This document shows, piece after piece, positions 50,671 through 63,048 of a stretch of DNA of 64,000 nt. A model generated the notes under the pieces. The model saw nothing but the letters and a program-made list of their open reading frames with translations, ran no database searches and was not told the DNA's origin. This DNA comes from Squalus acanthias. Taxonomy: Eukaryota. The position numbers and the translations under genes are program-made. Location of the stretch: contig CM059431.1 of the NCBI GenBank assembly GCA_030390025.1, forward strand, positions 99,698,001 to 99,762,000, given 5' to 3'. The first letter of the stretch is position 1. The number at the start of each line of letters is the position of its first letter.

Positions 50671-51120
50671 ATAAACGAAAAAAGAAAAACACACAAGTGA
50701 ACTTACTGACAACCTCAATAAACCCACTTGAGTCAGCCACTTCAAAGCGCTGGTCTTCAAACCAGCCACTAAGAGAAGGCTCTGAACAATCGAGGGTGAC
50801 TGGCTCAGAACAAAGAGGAAGATTGCTCGCTGACTGATCTGTTTCAATATTGTACGGATGGGAAAAGAATATTTTTTTATAAATGCCGGCGTCTGCAATG
50901 AAAACGCACAAGGTGGGGAAACTTATGATGCAAAACACGGGCGGAAAACAAATCCCAGCACATTATATTTATTACTGGAAAAAAGTCAAGAATGATAACC
51001 TTGCATGTCACTTAAAAATTGAGATGAAGATACAGAATGAAACGAAATAAAAACAAATTATTTTAACAATATCAGTTTTATGCCCAAAATATGCAAAATC
51101 ATATTTTCTTGTAAATTTGT

Positions 51121-51515
51121 CCCATCGTGCCTGTGCCGGCTCTTTGAACGAGCTCTCCAATTAGTCCCACTCTCCCCCGCTCTTTCCCCAGAGCCCTGCA
51201 CACTTTTCCTTTTCAAGTATTTATCCAATTCCCTTTTGAAAGTTACTATTGAATCTGCTTCCACCGCCCTTTCAGGCAGCGCGTTCCAGATCACAACAAC
51301 TCGCTGCATAAAAAAAATTCTCCTCATCTCCCCTCTGGTTCTTTTGCCAATTACCTTAAATCTGTGTCCTCTGGTTACTGACCCTCCTGACACTAGAAAC
51401 AGTTTCTGCTTACTTACTCTATCAAAACCCTACATGATTTTGAACACCTCTATTAAATCTCCCCTTAACCTTCTCTGCTCTAAGCAGAACAACCCCAGCT
51501 TCTCCAGTCTCTCCA
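51121..51515 (-). mobile_element. CR1 3' fragment (type a)
   Basis: Matches 45267-45660. Confidence 0.9.
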
Positions 51516-51545
51516 TGGGTTAGCAGGAGTATCTTTCACAGATTT

Positions 51546-52030
51546 TACAGCACAGAAACAGGACATTCAGCCCAACTGGTCCGTGCCGGTGTTTCTGCTC
51601 CACACGAGCCTCCTCCCACCCCTCTTCATCTCACCCCATCAGCATATCCTTCTATTCCAAACTCCCTCATGTGTTAATCCAGCTTCCCCTTAAATGTATC
51701 TTTGCTATTTGCCTCAACCACTCCCTGTGGTAGCGAGTTCCACATTCTCACCACTGAAGAGGTTTCTCCTGAATTCCCTATTGGATTTATTAGTGACTCT
51801 CTTATATTGATGTGTCCTAGTTCTGGTCTCCCCCGCAAGTGTAAACATCTTTTCTACGTCTACCCTATCAAACCCCTTCATAATTTTAAAGCCCTCTATC
51901 GGGTCGTCCCTCAGACTTCTCTTTTCTAGAGAAAAGAGCCCCAGCCTGTTCAGTCTTTCCTGATAGTGATAACCTCTCAGTTCTGGTATCATCCTTGTGA
52001 ATCTTTTTTTTGCACCTTCTCCAGTGCCTC
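51546..52030 (-). mobile_element. CR1 3' fragment (type d)
   Basis: Minus ORF RLNRLGLFSLEKRSLRDD; tail as at 15324. Confidence 0.9.
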
Positions 52031-53069
52031 TTTAGCCTTACCTTTTAATTCACCCTCATTCCGCCCCAGCGCCCCCCCCCACCCCCCAGCCCCGCTCATG
52101 GGAAAAAAAACACTTGGTTTCCAGTGAAGACGTGACCAAGATTGAGAGATCGCCCGTCAGGAATCTTCGACCTAAGAACGGCACCCTCCTTGGCACAGCA
52201 CACATTGTCGCATCAATAGCAACTTGCTGGAGGCCATGTCAACACACTCTGTCACAATGTCATTTTATGTGAAATATATTATCTGGAAAAAAACAAATAC
52301 AACAATGTCGGAAAATTCACAGAGAAAGTAATTTTCTCCATGTAGAATTTCATTAAATTCGTGTTTGCCTCACGCGATGATGATTGCTAGTTCACTATTT
52401 AATATGTTATAAAATTCAGTTTGAAGATATGATCTCTAATACATATTTATGCAATCAAGAAATTGATACTACAGTAGTTAATATATTAAGTAATTAAACC
52501 AGGAAGAGCAACTGTTCAAGCAATAAGAGCTGTTTGCTTTGTGCAGCCTCAATGCTGCACTCGATTCCACCTCCCCTCTCACACAGACTATAAAAATCAG
52601 ACCATTAACCCTCTGAGAACTTAAAAAGCACCACCGTGCAGTCAAACCTAACAGAAAGATTAGAATGTTCACTCTTCCTAAAGAAGAGATTTGGGGGAAA
52701 AATTGAGTCACGCCCCCTTTAGGGCGCTAACTTCGCTGGTAGTGCCCCGAAAAAATTAGCGCCCCCACAGCCGAAATTCATCGGTAACACCTCAGGAGGG
52801 AAGCAGGGTGCTACTGGAAGCGCCCCGCCTCCCTCTTGGGGCGCTGCGAGGGAATAACGTGGCGCTACGTGCCGCGGTACTGCAGGCCTCCCTCCCCTTC
52901 TTAAAGGGGAGGGGTCTTGCGCAGCGCGACCCGGGGCCCAGCTGGGGGGCTGCTGAGGAGGCCGGGCACGGAAGAGGGGGCAGGTGCTGGCAGGTGGCCA
53001 GCAACAAAAGTGGCACTACCGGAGGCACAAAGCAAATGAATTTTTCCCCCTTATATTTTTAGATTGCGT

Positions 53070-54069
53070 CAGCTGTGGCTCAGTGTGCAGCACTCTCTGA
53101 GTGAGAAGGTTGTGGGTTCATAGTCCCACTCCAGGTACTTGAGCACAAAATCCAGGCAGACACTCCTAGTGCAGTACTGAGTGAGTGCCGCACTGTCGGA
53201 GGGGCAGTACTGAGGGAGTGCTGCACTGTCGGAGGGGCAGTACTGAGAGGGCGCCGCACTGTCGGAGGGGCAGTACTGAGGGAGCGCTGCACTGTCGGAG
53301 GGGCAGTACTGAGGGAGTGCTGCACTGTCGGAGGGGCAGTACTGAGGGAGCGCTGCACTGTCGGAGGGGCAGTACTGAGGGAGTGCCGCACTGTCGGAGG
53401 GTCAGTACTGAGGGAGCGCTGCACTGTCGGAGGGGCAGTACTGAGGGAGCGCTGCACTGTCGGAGGGGCAGTACTGAGGGAGTGCTGCACTGTCGGAGGG
53501 GCAGTTCTAAGGGAGAGCTGCACTGTCGGAGGGGCAGTACTGAGAGGGCGCCGCACTGTCGGAGGGGCAGTACTGAGAGGGCGCCGCACTGTCGGAGGGG
53601 CAGTACTGAGGGAGCGCCGCACTGTCGGAGGGTCAGTACTGAGGGAGCGCTGCACTGTCGGAGGGGCAGTACTGAGGGAGCGCCGCACTGTCGGAGGGGC
53701 AGTACTAAGGGAGTGCTGCACTGTCAGAGGTGCCGTCTTTTGGATCAGACCTTAAACCAAGGCCCCGTCTGCTCTCTCAGGTGGACGTAAAAGATTCCAT
53801 GGCACTATTTCGAAGAAGAGCAGGAGAGTTCTCCCCGGTATCCTGGGGGCCAATATTAATCCCTCAACCAACATCACTAAAATAGATTATCTGGTCATTA
53901 TCACATTGCTTTTTGTGGGAGCTTGCTGTGCGCAAATTGGCTACCGCGTTTTCCACATTACAACAGTGACTATACTTCAAAAAAAAATGCTTCATTGGCT
54001 GTAAAGCGCTTTGGGACGTCTGGTGGTCGTGAATGGCGCTATAGAAATGCAAGTCTTTCTTTTCTTCTT
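53070..54069 (+). mobile_element. Full-length Deu-domain SINE with about 17 x 33-bp array
   Basis: Head at 53070, array 53171-53730, Deu body, tail ggcgctatagaaatgcaagtctttc. Confidence 0.95.
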
Positions 54070-54365
54070 TCTTTACTGTCACTGGGGAGACAATGGGCGA
54101 CACTCCTGGGGATCTACAGTAACACACAACTACTTTGCATTAGATTATGATAATTCCGTGTAATAAATCTCTTGCCATCCCCTTTGCTACATATGTCAGC
54201 GATAGGACAGAATACTCTCCTGTAAAGCTGCATTATATATTCTTCACCACACCACAGACAAGTTACATACTGTGCAGCATTGTAATAATTGACCCCCACA
54301 TTACATACAAATACATTTTGCTTCAAGGTCTTCTGTTTGCTGGTTTGGGACATTCAACAGTCAAC

Positions 54366-54827
54366 AATACAACAACAACGTGCATTTATATAGCGCCTTT
54401 AACATAATAAAACATCCCAAGGTGTTTCACTGGAGCGTTATCAGACAAAATTTGACACCGAGCCACATAAGGAGATATTCGGACAGGTGACCAAATGCTT
54501 GGCCCGAGAGGTAGGTTTTAAGGAGCGTCTTAAAGGAGGAGAGAGAGGTAGAGAGGCGGAGAGGTTTAGGCAGGGAATTCCAGAGCTTAGGGCCCAGGCA
54601 GCTGAAGGCACAGCTGCCAATGGTGGAGCGATTAAAATTGTGGATGCTCAAGGGGGCAGAATTGGAGGAGCGCAGCGATTGCGGAGGGTTGTGGGGCTGG
54701 AGGAGGTTACAGCGATAGGGAGGGGGGCGAGGCCATGGAGGGATTTGAAAAAAACGATGAGAATTTTAAAATCGAGGCATTGCCGGACCGGGAGCCAATG
54801 TAGGTCAGCGAGCACAGGGGAGATGGG
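54366..54827 (-). mobile_element. L2-clade LINE 3' fragment
   Basis: Reverse complement of 37310-37760 (ISPVLADLHWLPV...WNSLPK). Confidence 0.92.
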
Positions 54828-55029
54828 TAATCTAATGGCTCCTTTTGCAATGATGGATGGTGCCAAAATTTTGCATCCATTTGCTTGTTGACTGCTTGTA
54901 AAATGGAAACTCATTCACTACTTTTATGACTTGGTACCGTTGGCCGAGTGAAACTAGAGCTGGTGAGAGGAGGCGGATTAATAGGGAAAGATGCAAATTT
55001 AGATTTCATATTTGACTTAAGAAAACACA

Positions 55030-55155
55030 AATGCTGGAACTCTGAAATAAACAGAAAATGCTGGAAAAGAACATATCGATTGAAATCGGAAAGGGAAAAA
55101 TATTTAACATTTCAAGTATGACCTTTCATCAGAACTGGTCAGTTCTGACGAACAT
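55030..55155. mobile_element. Degenerate palindromic Penelope-like element retaining its centre
   Basis: tgaaataaacagaaaatgctggaa...tgacctttcatcagaactg GT cagttctgacgaa. Confidence 0.65.
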
Positions 55156-55650
55156 GTACAACCAAAGCCTTAACCTTTCTTGATTTTTCTGACGGTGATT
55201 AACCTGCAGTTCACTTCTGGCATTTTCTATTGATTAAAATGATGTTTTCGGTCGAGTCCTTTATAATAGGACAGTCATTATGTTTAGGGGTATTTATTTT
55301 CAGTGAGGTGCTAATTTTAACACAGTGGCTATGATTATAATAGCCAACTGTCCTTCTCAGTGTAGATTTTACAGAGTAATTTTTCATGGAACAGATTAAG
55401 GTAAATCCAGAAAAGGCAAAAGACACAAATCCACACATAGCGCACATGTTCACAGCGAATCAATGTCAAATCACCAGCTGAACTCAAAGTGACTGGAATT
55501 GATTATATTCTCTATGTCTAAACAGAGTAGCCAACACTTTTTCACGGGTGTAAAAGGTGATTATCGCTTAGGACTGATCTATGAGACTTCCACATCTGTG
55601 AAAACAGCAATGACTTATTGATCGCTACCTTCAGAGAGACCTGAGAATTA

Positions 55651-56466
55651 GAATCATAGAATGATACAGCACAGAAGGAGGCCATTCGGCCCATCGTGTC
55701 TGTGCCGGCTCTGTGAAAGAGCTCTCCAATTAGTCCCACTCCCCCCTGCTCTTTCCCCAGAGCCCTGTAAATTTCTCCTTTTCAAGTATTTATCCAATTC
55801 CCTTTTGAAAGTTACTGTTGAATCTGCTTCCACCGCCCTTTCAGGCAGCGCATTCCAGATCACAACAACTCGCTGTGTAAAAAAAATCTCCTCCTTTCCC
55901 CTCTGGTTCTTTTGCCAATTACCTTCAATCTGTGTCCTCTGGTTACCGACCCTCCTGCCACTGGAAACAGTTTCTCCTTATTGACTCAATCAAAACCTAT
56001 CATTATTTTGAACACCTCTATTAACTCTTCCCTTAACCTTCTCTGCTCTGAGGAGAACAATCCCAGCTTCTCCAGTCTCTCCACGTAACTGAAGTCCCTC
56101 ATCCCTGGCACCATTCCAGTAAATCTCCTCTGCACCCTCTCTAAAGCCTTCATGTCCTTCCGAAAGTGCGGTGCCCAGAATTGGAGACAATACTCCAGCT
56201 GGGGCCTAACCAGTGTTTTATAAAGGTTTAGCATAACTCCCGTGCTTTTATACTCTATGCCTTTGTTATAAAACAAGGGTCCCAGATGCATTTTTAACAG
56301 CCTTCTCAACTTGACCTGATACCTTCAAAGATTTGTGTACGTACCCCGCCACCCCCCCCCCCCCCAGTCTCTGTGTTCCTGCACCTCCTTTTAAGTTGTA
56401 CCATTTAGTTTATATTGCCTCTCCTCATTCTTTCTACCAAAATGCATCACTTCACACCTCTCTGCA
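55651..56466 (-). mobile_element. CR1 3' fragment (type a)
   Basis: Minus ORFs LYKTLVRPQLEYCLQFWAPHF and WNALPERAVEA. Confidence 0.93.
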
Positions 56467-56479
56467 TTAGCAACAGGTA

Positions 56480-57095
56480 GTCACTGGACATCAAGCAGAG
56501 ACAGGGAAGAGGATCTGGAGGGGACAAAGATGTGGTCAGAGAGAAGGTGGCCTTTTGGAAGGCAGGGAGGGAGGTGACTAAGCAGAGATGCTGAGGCAAT
56601 GAGTTCCAGAGAGAGAGGACATCGTGACCGCAGGAGTGACCAGCAATGGACTCCTGCAGTGCCATAAAATTCTATGATTGAGTGGTGGAGCGGAGCAAGT
56701 GGGGAAACAGGACCGAGGCCAGTGTTGGAGGAGTGGAATGTGCGTTCAGGGACACAGGCTGGGGGAGATCCCAGAGGTATGGAAGGTGGGAAGTCGTGGA
56801 GGGATTTGAAGGTGAGGATGAGAATCCCTGGGGCACTCAATGCCACTGGACCCTGGTAAGGGCTGGGTGATGGGGATGTGATGGCTTGTAGTTTCTGGAG
56901 GATGGAGGTGATGTTACCAGCAAGCAGGGCATTGGAGAAGGGCAACCATGAGGTGATAAAGGCATAGACTTGGGTTTCAACAGAAGAGAGGGAGAATTAG
57001 GAGTGGAGGTGGGCAATATGTTGGAGGTGAAAGAAAATGGTCTTGGTGATATTGGATGTGAGGGAGTAAGCTCAGCTGGGGTCAAGTGTTACACC
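56480..57095 (-). mobile_element. Old, diverged L2 fragment
   Basis: Minus-strand remnants ILILTFKSLH, WNSLPQHL and ttgaccccagctgagctt. Confidence 0.6.
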
Positions 57096-57181
57096 ATATC
57101 TTTGGTGTTATAAAAGACTCCTACAACTCACTCCCAGCAATGCAGTAGTTGCTAATTACTAAATATTTCTGTATTTAAAAA

Positions 57182-57297
57182 AAAGAAAGACTTGCATTTA
57201 TATAGCACCTTTCACAACCTCAGGACATCCCAAAGCTCTTTACAGCCAGTGAAGTACTTTAAAAAAAAAAGTGTTGTCCCTGTTGTGATGTAGGAAA
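57182..57297 (-). mobile_element. Deu-SINE 3' tail fragment
   Basis: aaagacttgcatttatatagcacctttcacaacctcaggac, as at 38012-38070. Confidence 0.8.
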
Positions 57298-58029
57298 ATT
57301 AGTTAAATTAATTAAATTGAAGTTGCAAAATTAGTGAAATGATTAATTATTTTATTTGAAAATCATCCTTTACCTGTTTCACCTTTTATTCTCCCTTCAG
57401 ATTCCTATTCTTTTCCCTTTAGTTTTCCTTATCTTTGCTTGCCTGGTGCTTCCTCTCCTCCCCCACCACCCCCCCATGTTTTCTGTATCCATGGTTACCT
57501 GCACAATCTCCAATCTGCGATAAGTCGGGGAAGCTTACAAGACCCAGCAGGAAAGGACTAAGCTTGAGTTGTGCCTACTGATAATCACAGAAACATTGTT
57601 AGGTAGCAGCACATAAGTGATTGGAAAGGATCCATGTGTTTGACCCTTGGGCCTTTGATATTTTACCAGGATTCATTAGCTGGCCAAATGCCCAGAATAT
57701 AATACCTTGGCGCAAATTAGTATGATGAGAGATAGAAAGAAAACGAGTCTTGTTCATATGCACTGTTAGCAGCATTGAACTGCATAGCACAAAAATGGCA
57801 CTCTGCTAGATAGAGCCTCATGATTGAAGGTATTGTATATAAATGCTGTATAAATTGTAACTCATATGCATTCATAACACATTCACTCGTGCTCTGCTTG
57901 GATTTACAGGCAATGATTTCTACCAGCAGTGATACTGAATCCAGTTTTGTATCTTTCTAACATTTGTACACTGTGACGAGGCGGGTTGTGATTCAGCGAG
58001 GTTCCATTGGGGAAGGAGCCTGTATCTGT

Positions 58030-58890
58030 TGACCACACTTGAAGTACTGCGCACAGCTCTGGTCTCCATATACCTTGGTTAGACCACACTTGGAGCACTG
58101 CACACAGCTCTGGTCTCCATATACCTTGGTTAGACCACACTTGGAGTACTGCGCACAGCTCTGGTCTCCATATACCTTGGTTAGACCACACTTGGAGTAC
58201 TGCGCACAGCTCTGGTCTCCATATACCTTGGTTAGACCGCACTTGGAGTACTGCGCACAGCTCTGGTCTCCATATACCTTGGTTAGACCACACTTGGAGT
58301 ACTGCGCACAGCTCTGGTCTCCATATACCTTGGTTAGACCACACTTGGAGTACTGCGCACAGCTCTGGTCTCCATATTATAAATATGATAAAAAGGCACC
58401 GAAGAGGGTGCAAAAAAAATATTTACAAGGACAATACCAGAACTGAGAGGATATACGTTTCAGGAAAGGCTGAACAGGCGGGGGCTCTTTTCTCTAGAGA
58501 AGTGAAGGCTGAGGGGTGACCTGATAGAAATCTTTAAAATTATGATAGGGTAGACGTAGAGAAAATGTTTCCACTTGTGGGAGAGTCCAAAACTAGAGGT
58601 CAATAAATATAAGATAGTCACTAATAAATCCAATCGGGAATTCAGGAGAAACTTCTTTACCCAGAGAGTGGTGAGAATGTGGAACTCGCTACCACAGGGA
58701 GTGGTTGAGGCGAAGAGCAGAGATGCATTTAAGGGGAGGCTAGATAAACACATGAGGGAGAAAGGAATAGAAGGATATGCTGATAGGGTGAGATGAGGTA
58801 GGGGTGGGAGGAGGCTCGTGTGGAGCATAAACACCACCACGGACCAGTTGGGCCGAATGGCCTGTTTCTGAGCTTGTACATTCTATGTAA
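58030..58890 (+). mobile_element. CR1 3' fragment (type d) beginning with a 7 x 51-bp array
   Basis: GACCRCAC at 58031, 58082, 58133, 58184, 58235, 58286 and 58337; unit encodes YTLVRPHLEYCAQLWSP. Confidence 0.95.
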
Positions 58891-59038
58891 CTGTGTTCTT
58901 TTAAGTGGCATGGTTGCTCTGGTAATGTTGGCATGTCACCGATTGACAACTGATAATGATTACGTCATCCACCATTTGATTACAGCAAAATGTTGCTAAA
59001 TAAACATCATCACCGCTCTCCCCGCCTCTGATCTCATT

Positions 59039-59813
59039 GGCCCAGATCTTGCTGGCGTGGGGCATCTCGTGGTGTGCCCCGTTAGTTAGACTTTCTCCCT
59101 CACCCTCCAGCTCGAATATAATTTACCCTGTAACTCGCTGGCAGTGCGAGCTGATAACGGGGTGGCCAGGGCAACGGAGCATCTGGGACCTCGGTGAACG
59201 ACGGGACCAACAGTCTATCTCCTTAGCCCATGAGATTAAAGGATTGAGAAAGAAACAGAGGAACGACGGAGAAGGAAATCGGGTGATTTAGAGTCAAATC
59301 AGGTAGAGAAAGAGAAATAAAGAGGGAAAGAAAGATTGGATTAAGAGAGAGTGAGAAAAAAGAGACAGAAAGGAAAAGTAAGAAAAATATTTTAAACTTA
59401 AAAATTTTAAATTTTAAAAATCTCTAAGGACAATTTACTACCTGCAGGAATGAGACTCCAGTTTCATTTGTTCCCTTTCTGGGCCAGAGAGGTTGAGTGG
59501 CATTGCAGGAACATAAATCTCCTCATTAAAAGGGTCCTAACGCTGTTAAGTACCAGCCCTATCTTTCCGCGGCGAGTTTAATGGGTAATTAATAGCGCAA
59601 AGGCAGCAATTTCCTGAAACTTGTGGGGAGGTTGAGGGCGAGCTGCCGTTATCGCGAGGCTAACGGGCGGAGTGGCGCAAATCGCCCGGCAACTCGTGGC
59701 GATTCGCAACTCGTGGGGAATCTCTCCCTCGCCACAAGTTGCCGGATGGTTCACACGTCAATAACGGCGAGCGCCATTAAATTCATCGTTATTCTGGGAG
59801 CAGATTCTGGGAC
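59039..59813. mobile_element. Non-autonomous DNA transposon (PIF/Harbinger-like), 775 bp
   Basis: Imperfect terminal inverted repeats ggcccagatcttgct / agcagattctgggac; ATT at 59036-38 and 59814-16; second partial copy at 41829. Confidence 0.65.
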
Positions 59814-60249
59814 ATTGTGTATGATGTTGTAACTATGTCATTGCCATGACAATGATGCTGGATTTTTGCAGCAATACTGAATCCACAAAATGGTGAATTG
59901 TAGGAAATGCTAATGTAATGCCCCGCTTTGTATAATCAGCAGAACAGCACATTAAACTAATGTCCCATAAGTAACAGAATGCTGAAACCCACTGATAATG
60001 AGAAATAAACCTTCATGTTAATTGTTGCAGCTAAAGTCCTACAAATCTTAGCATTGAATACAATTAGCACTGTTGGAAAGGAGGTGCGCTGGTACTGTGC
60101 TCTCTGAGTGTTTGGGAGGCGGACAGTACATTTGCAGGCAGACTGTCGGTTTGAGATTTTGAGATTTCTGTTGACACAGTATAAAGGATATTAATTTTAA
60201 TCAGAAGAGATTGTTAATAGATAAATTGTTATAGTTGTGTGTGTAGTTA

Positions 60250-61245
60250 AAGTACTGTGCACAGTTCTGGTCTCCATATACCTTGGTTAGACCACACTTG
60301 GAGCACTCTGCACAGTCCTGGTCTCCATATACCTTGGTTAGACCACACTTGGAGCACTCTGCACAGTTCTGGTCTCCATATACCTTGGTTAGACCACACT
60401 TGGAGCACTCTGCACAGTTCTGGTCTCCATATACCTTGGTTAGACCACACTTGGAGCACTGTGCACAGTCCTGGTCTCCATATACCTTGGTCAGACCGCA
60501 CTTGGAGCACTGTGCACAGTCCTGGTCTCCATATACTTTGGTTAGACCACACTTGGAGCACTGCGCACAGTTCTGGTCTCCATATACCTTGGTTAAACCA
60601 CATTTGGAGCACTCTGCACAGTTCTGATGTCCATATACCTTGGTTAGACCACACTTGGAGTAGTGTGCACAGTTCTGGTCTCCTTATAACTTGGGTAGAC
60701 CACACTTGGAGCACTGTGCACAGTTCTGGTCTCTATATTACAGAATGGATATAGAGGCACTGGAGAAGGTGCAAATAAAGATTTCCAGAACTGAGAGGTT
60801 GTAACTATCAGGAAAGATTGAACAGGCTGGGGCTCGTTTCTCTAGAGAAGAGAAGGCTGAGGGGTTACCTAACAGAAGTCTTTAAAATTATGAAGTGGTT
60901 TGATAGGTTAGATGTAGAGAAAATATTTCCACTTGTGGGGGAGACCAGAACTAGGGGCCATCAATATAAGATAGTCACTAATAAATCCAATAGGGAATTC
61001 AGGAGAAACTTCTTTACCCAGAGAGTGGTGAGAATGTGGAACTCGCTACCACAGGGAGTGGTTGAGGCGAATAGCAGAGATACATTTAAGGGGAAGCTAG
61101 ATAAGCACACGAGGGAGAAAGGAATAGAAGGATATGTTGATAGGGTGAGATGAAGAGGGGTGGGAGGAGGCTGGTGTGGAGCATAAACACCGGCACGGAC
61201 CAGTTGGGCCGAATGGCCTGTTTCTGTGCTGTACATTCTATGTGA
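60250..61245 (+). mobile_element. CR1 3' fragment (type d) beginning with a roughly 9.5 x 51-bp array
   Basis: Units at 60290, 60341 ... 60698, then RLGLVSLEKRRLRG...WNSLPQGVVEA. Confidence 0.95.
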
Positions 61246-62101
61246 TTCCATGTTTGTTTCTTCAAATTAGTTCTTTACGCGTGAAATTTTACAAAAGGCT
61301 TTCTTTCCAGATTTTTACAAAAGAAAAACATTTTACGGCATTGTAAACAGAAAAACTCAGCATTTAAAGGGTTCATTATGCCAGTAACTGAGGGTAATTG
61401 TCCTGGTTTGGTCTGTCCTGTTGATTGACTGGTAACTTTATCTTACAAGTAAAAAATGGATAATTGAGAGTGATCACATAGAAACACAATGAATACGTCT
61501 CAGTCCATTGTAAGCTAATACTCCAATCGAAAGATTTAAAGGATGTCATAAAACCCGTGAATGAAGCTCAAGTAATCATCATTTCGATTCTAGACTAGTT
61601 GACAGTCTCAGAAAAATCTCTCTGTTATTGGTTGCGAGTCTCCGCTTGGGCGCGTTGGCTTTTTCCCCACAATTCCCCCCCTGCCCCCGCCCCCCCAATA
61701 TCGGCGTAACCGGTGCAAAAGATCGCGGAATTTTAAGCGCAAATTCTGTTCAGCGCAACTCGAGTTCCCGCGATCTTTTGCGGCAGTTTACAAAACATCG
61801 CGCTAGAAGCCAGCCCCGCCCACAACACTGGCCTCGCCCCCCACCCCCCCCCCCCCGGGTGAATTAATCACCGCGGCGCGTTTCCGCTAATTGCGCCCGT
61901 TTGCGGGCCTTCGAGGAGGCTCCAAAAAATTAAGCTGGATCTTGTGGGTGCAAGGACACCAATAGGAACGTTTTTAGAAGGTTTTGAATCAAATTTACTC
62001 AGGAACTGACTACTGTGCCCCAATCTAACCAGCAAATTGTTCTGTATATTTTTTTAAAAGTTCATTTAAAATCGGGTTGCTCACAGGTGGTGAATTGACA
62101 C

Positions 62102-62297
62102 TGATGTTCCCTCTGAGCTGCGAGCGTGCGTGGCCGCTCAGTGACCCGCGTGGCCGCTCAGTGACCCGCACGGTCCCTGCGCGAGACGCTCACCAGCTTT
62201 TCCATCGGAAATACCGTGCAGGCGCAGAAATTTAACGGGACCGTGCGTTGAAATAAACAGGCCGCGCGGAACAAAGCGCAGCTTCCAGGGAAGATCG
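62102..62297. mobile_element. hAT-type MITE (196 bp) with an 8-bp target-site duplication
   Basis: Terminal inverted repeats tgatgttccctctgagctgcg / cgcagcttccagggaagatcg; ATTGACAC at 62094-101 and 62298-305. Confidence 0.78.
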
Positions 62298-62546
62298 ATT
62301 GACACTGCGAATAAAAAAAATGCTTATTTTTTTTGTGATGAACCCATGTTCAGCTGGATTCATCAAACTGCACCAGGTTAACATTCGGAAATATGTCAAG
62401 GAATATTTTTTAAAGCCATATTTTAAAACGCTGCCCGACTGCGCTGGTTCAGGGCAGATTTTGGGTTCAGCGATATGTAAATGAGTTTGAGCGGAAACGC
62501 GGGGAACAAAACACTTTTCAAAATGGGCGCGATTGCCGATCACACC

Positions 62547-62701
62547 CATAGAACGTACAGCACAGAAAGAGGCCATTCGGCCCAACTGGTCCGTGCCGGT
62601 GTTTATGCTCCACACGAGCCTCCTCCCACTCCTCTTCATCTCACCCGATCAGCATAGCCTTCTATTCCTTTCTCCCTCATGTGTTTATCCAGCTTCCCCT
62701 T
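62547..62701 (-). mobile_element. CR1 3' tail (type d)
   Basis: Reverse complement of 61090-61240. Confidence 0.88.
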
Positions 62702-63048
62702 GGTTTATGGTTTATAATAAACAGGGTTCCAGTTTTAAGTATAGCATGTGGTTGGTGATTGATGGGGGGCTTATTCTATATCTGTATTGCCATGTGCTCA
62801 GCTATTTGTTTGTGTCAACTTAGTGAATGGTACTTCACAGCATGTTGTATGAACCTTCTTGAAAGAATATATTTATAGAACGTTACCTTACTGATTTACC
62901 GCTGACAGTTTCTCTGAAAGGGTAACTCAACAGCTGACACAAGGCTTTTCCAAATGTTTTGGAAGTTTCCATCAGTACAAAGATGGAAAGTATCCGACTC
63001 TCGGCGAAACAGTAATTCATGGACGTCACTAATGGTGAAAGACAGTCA

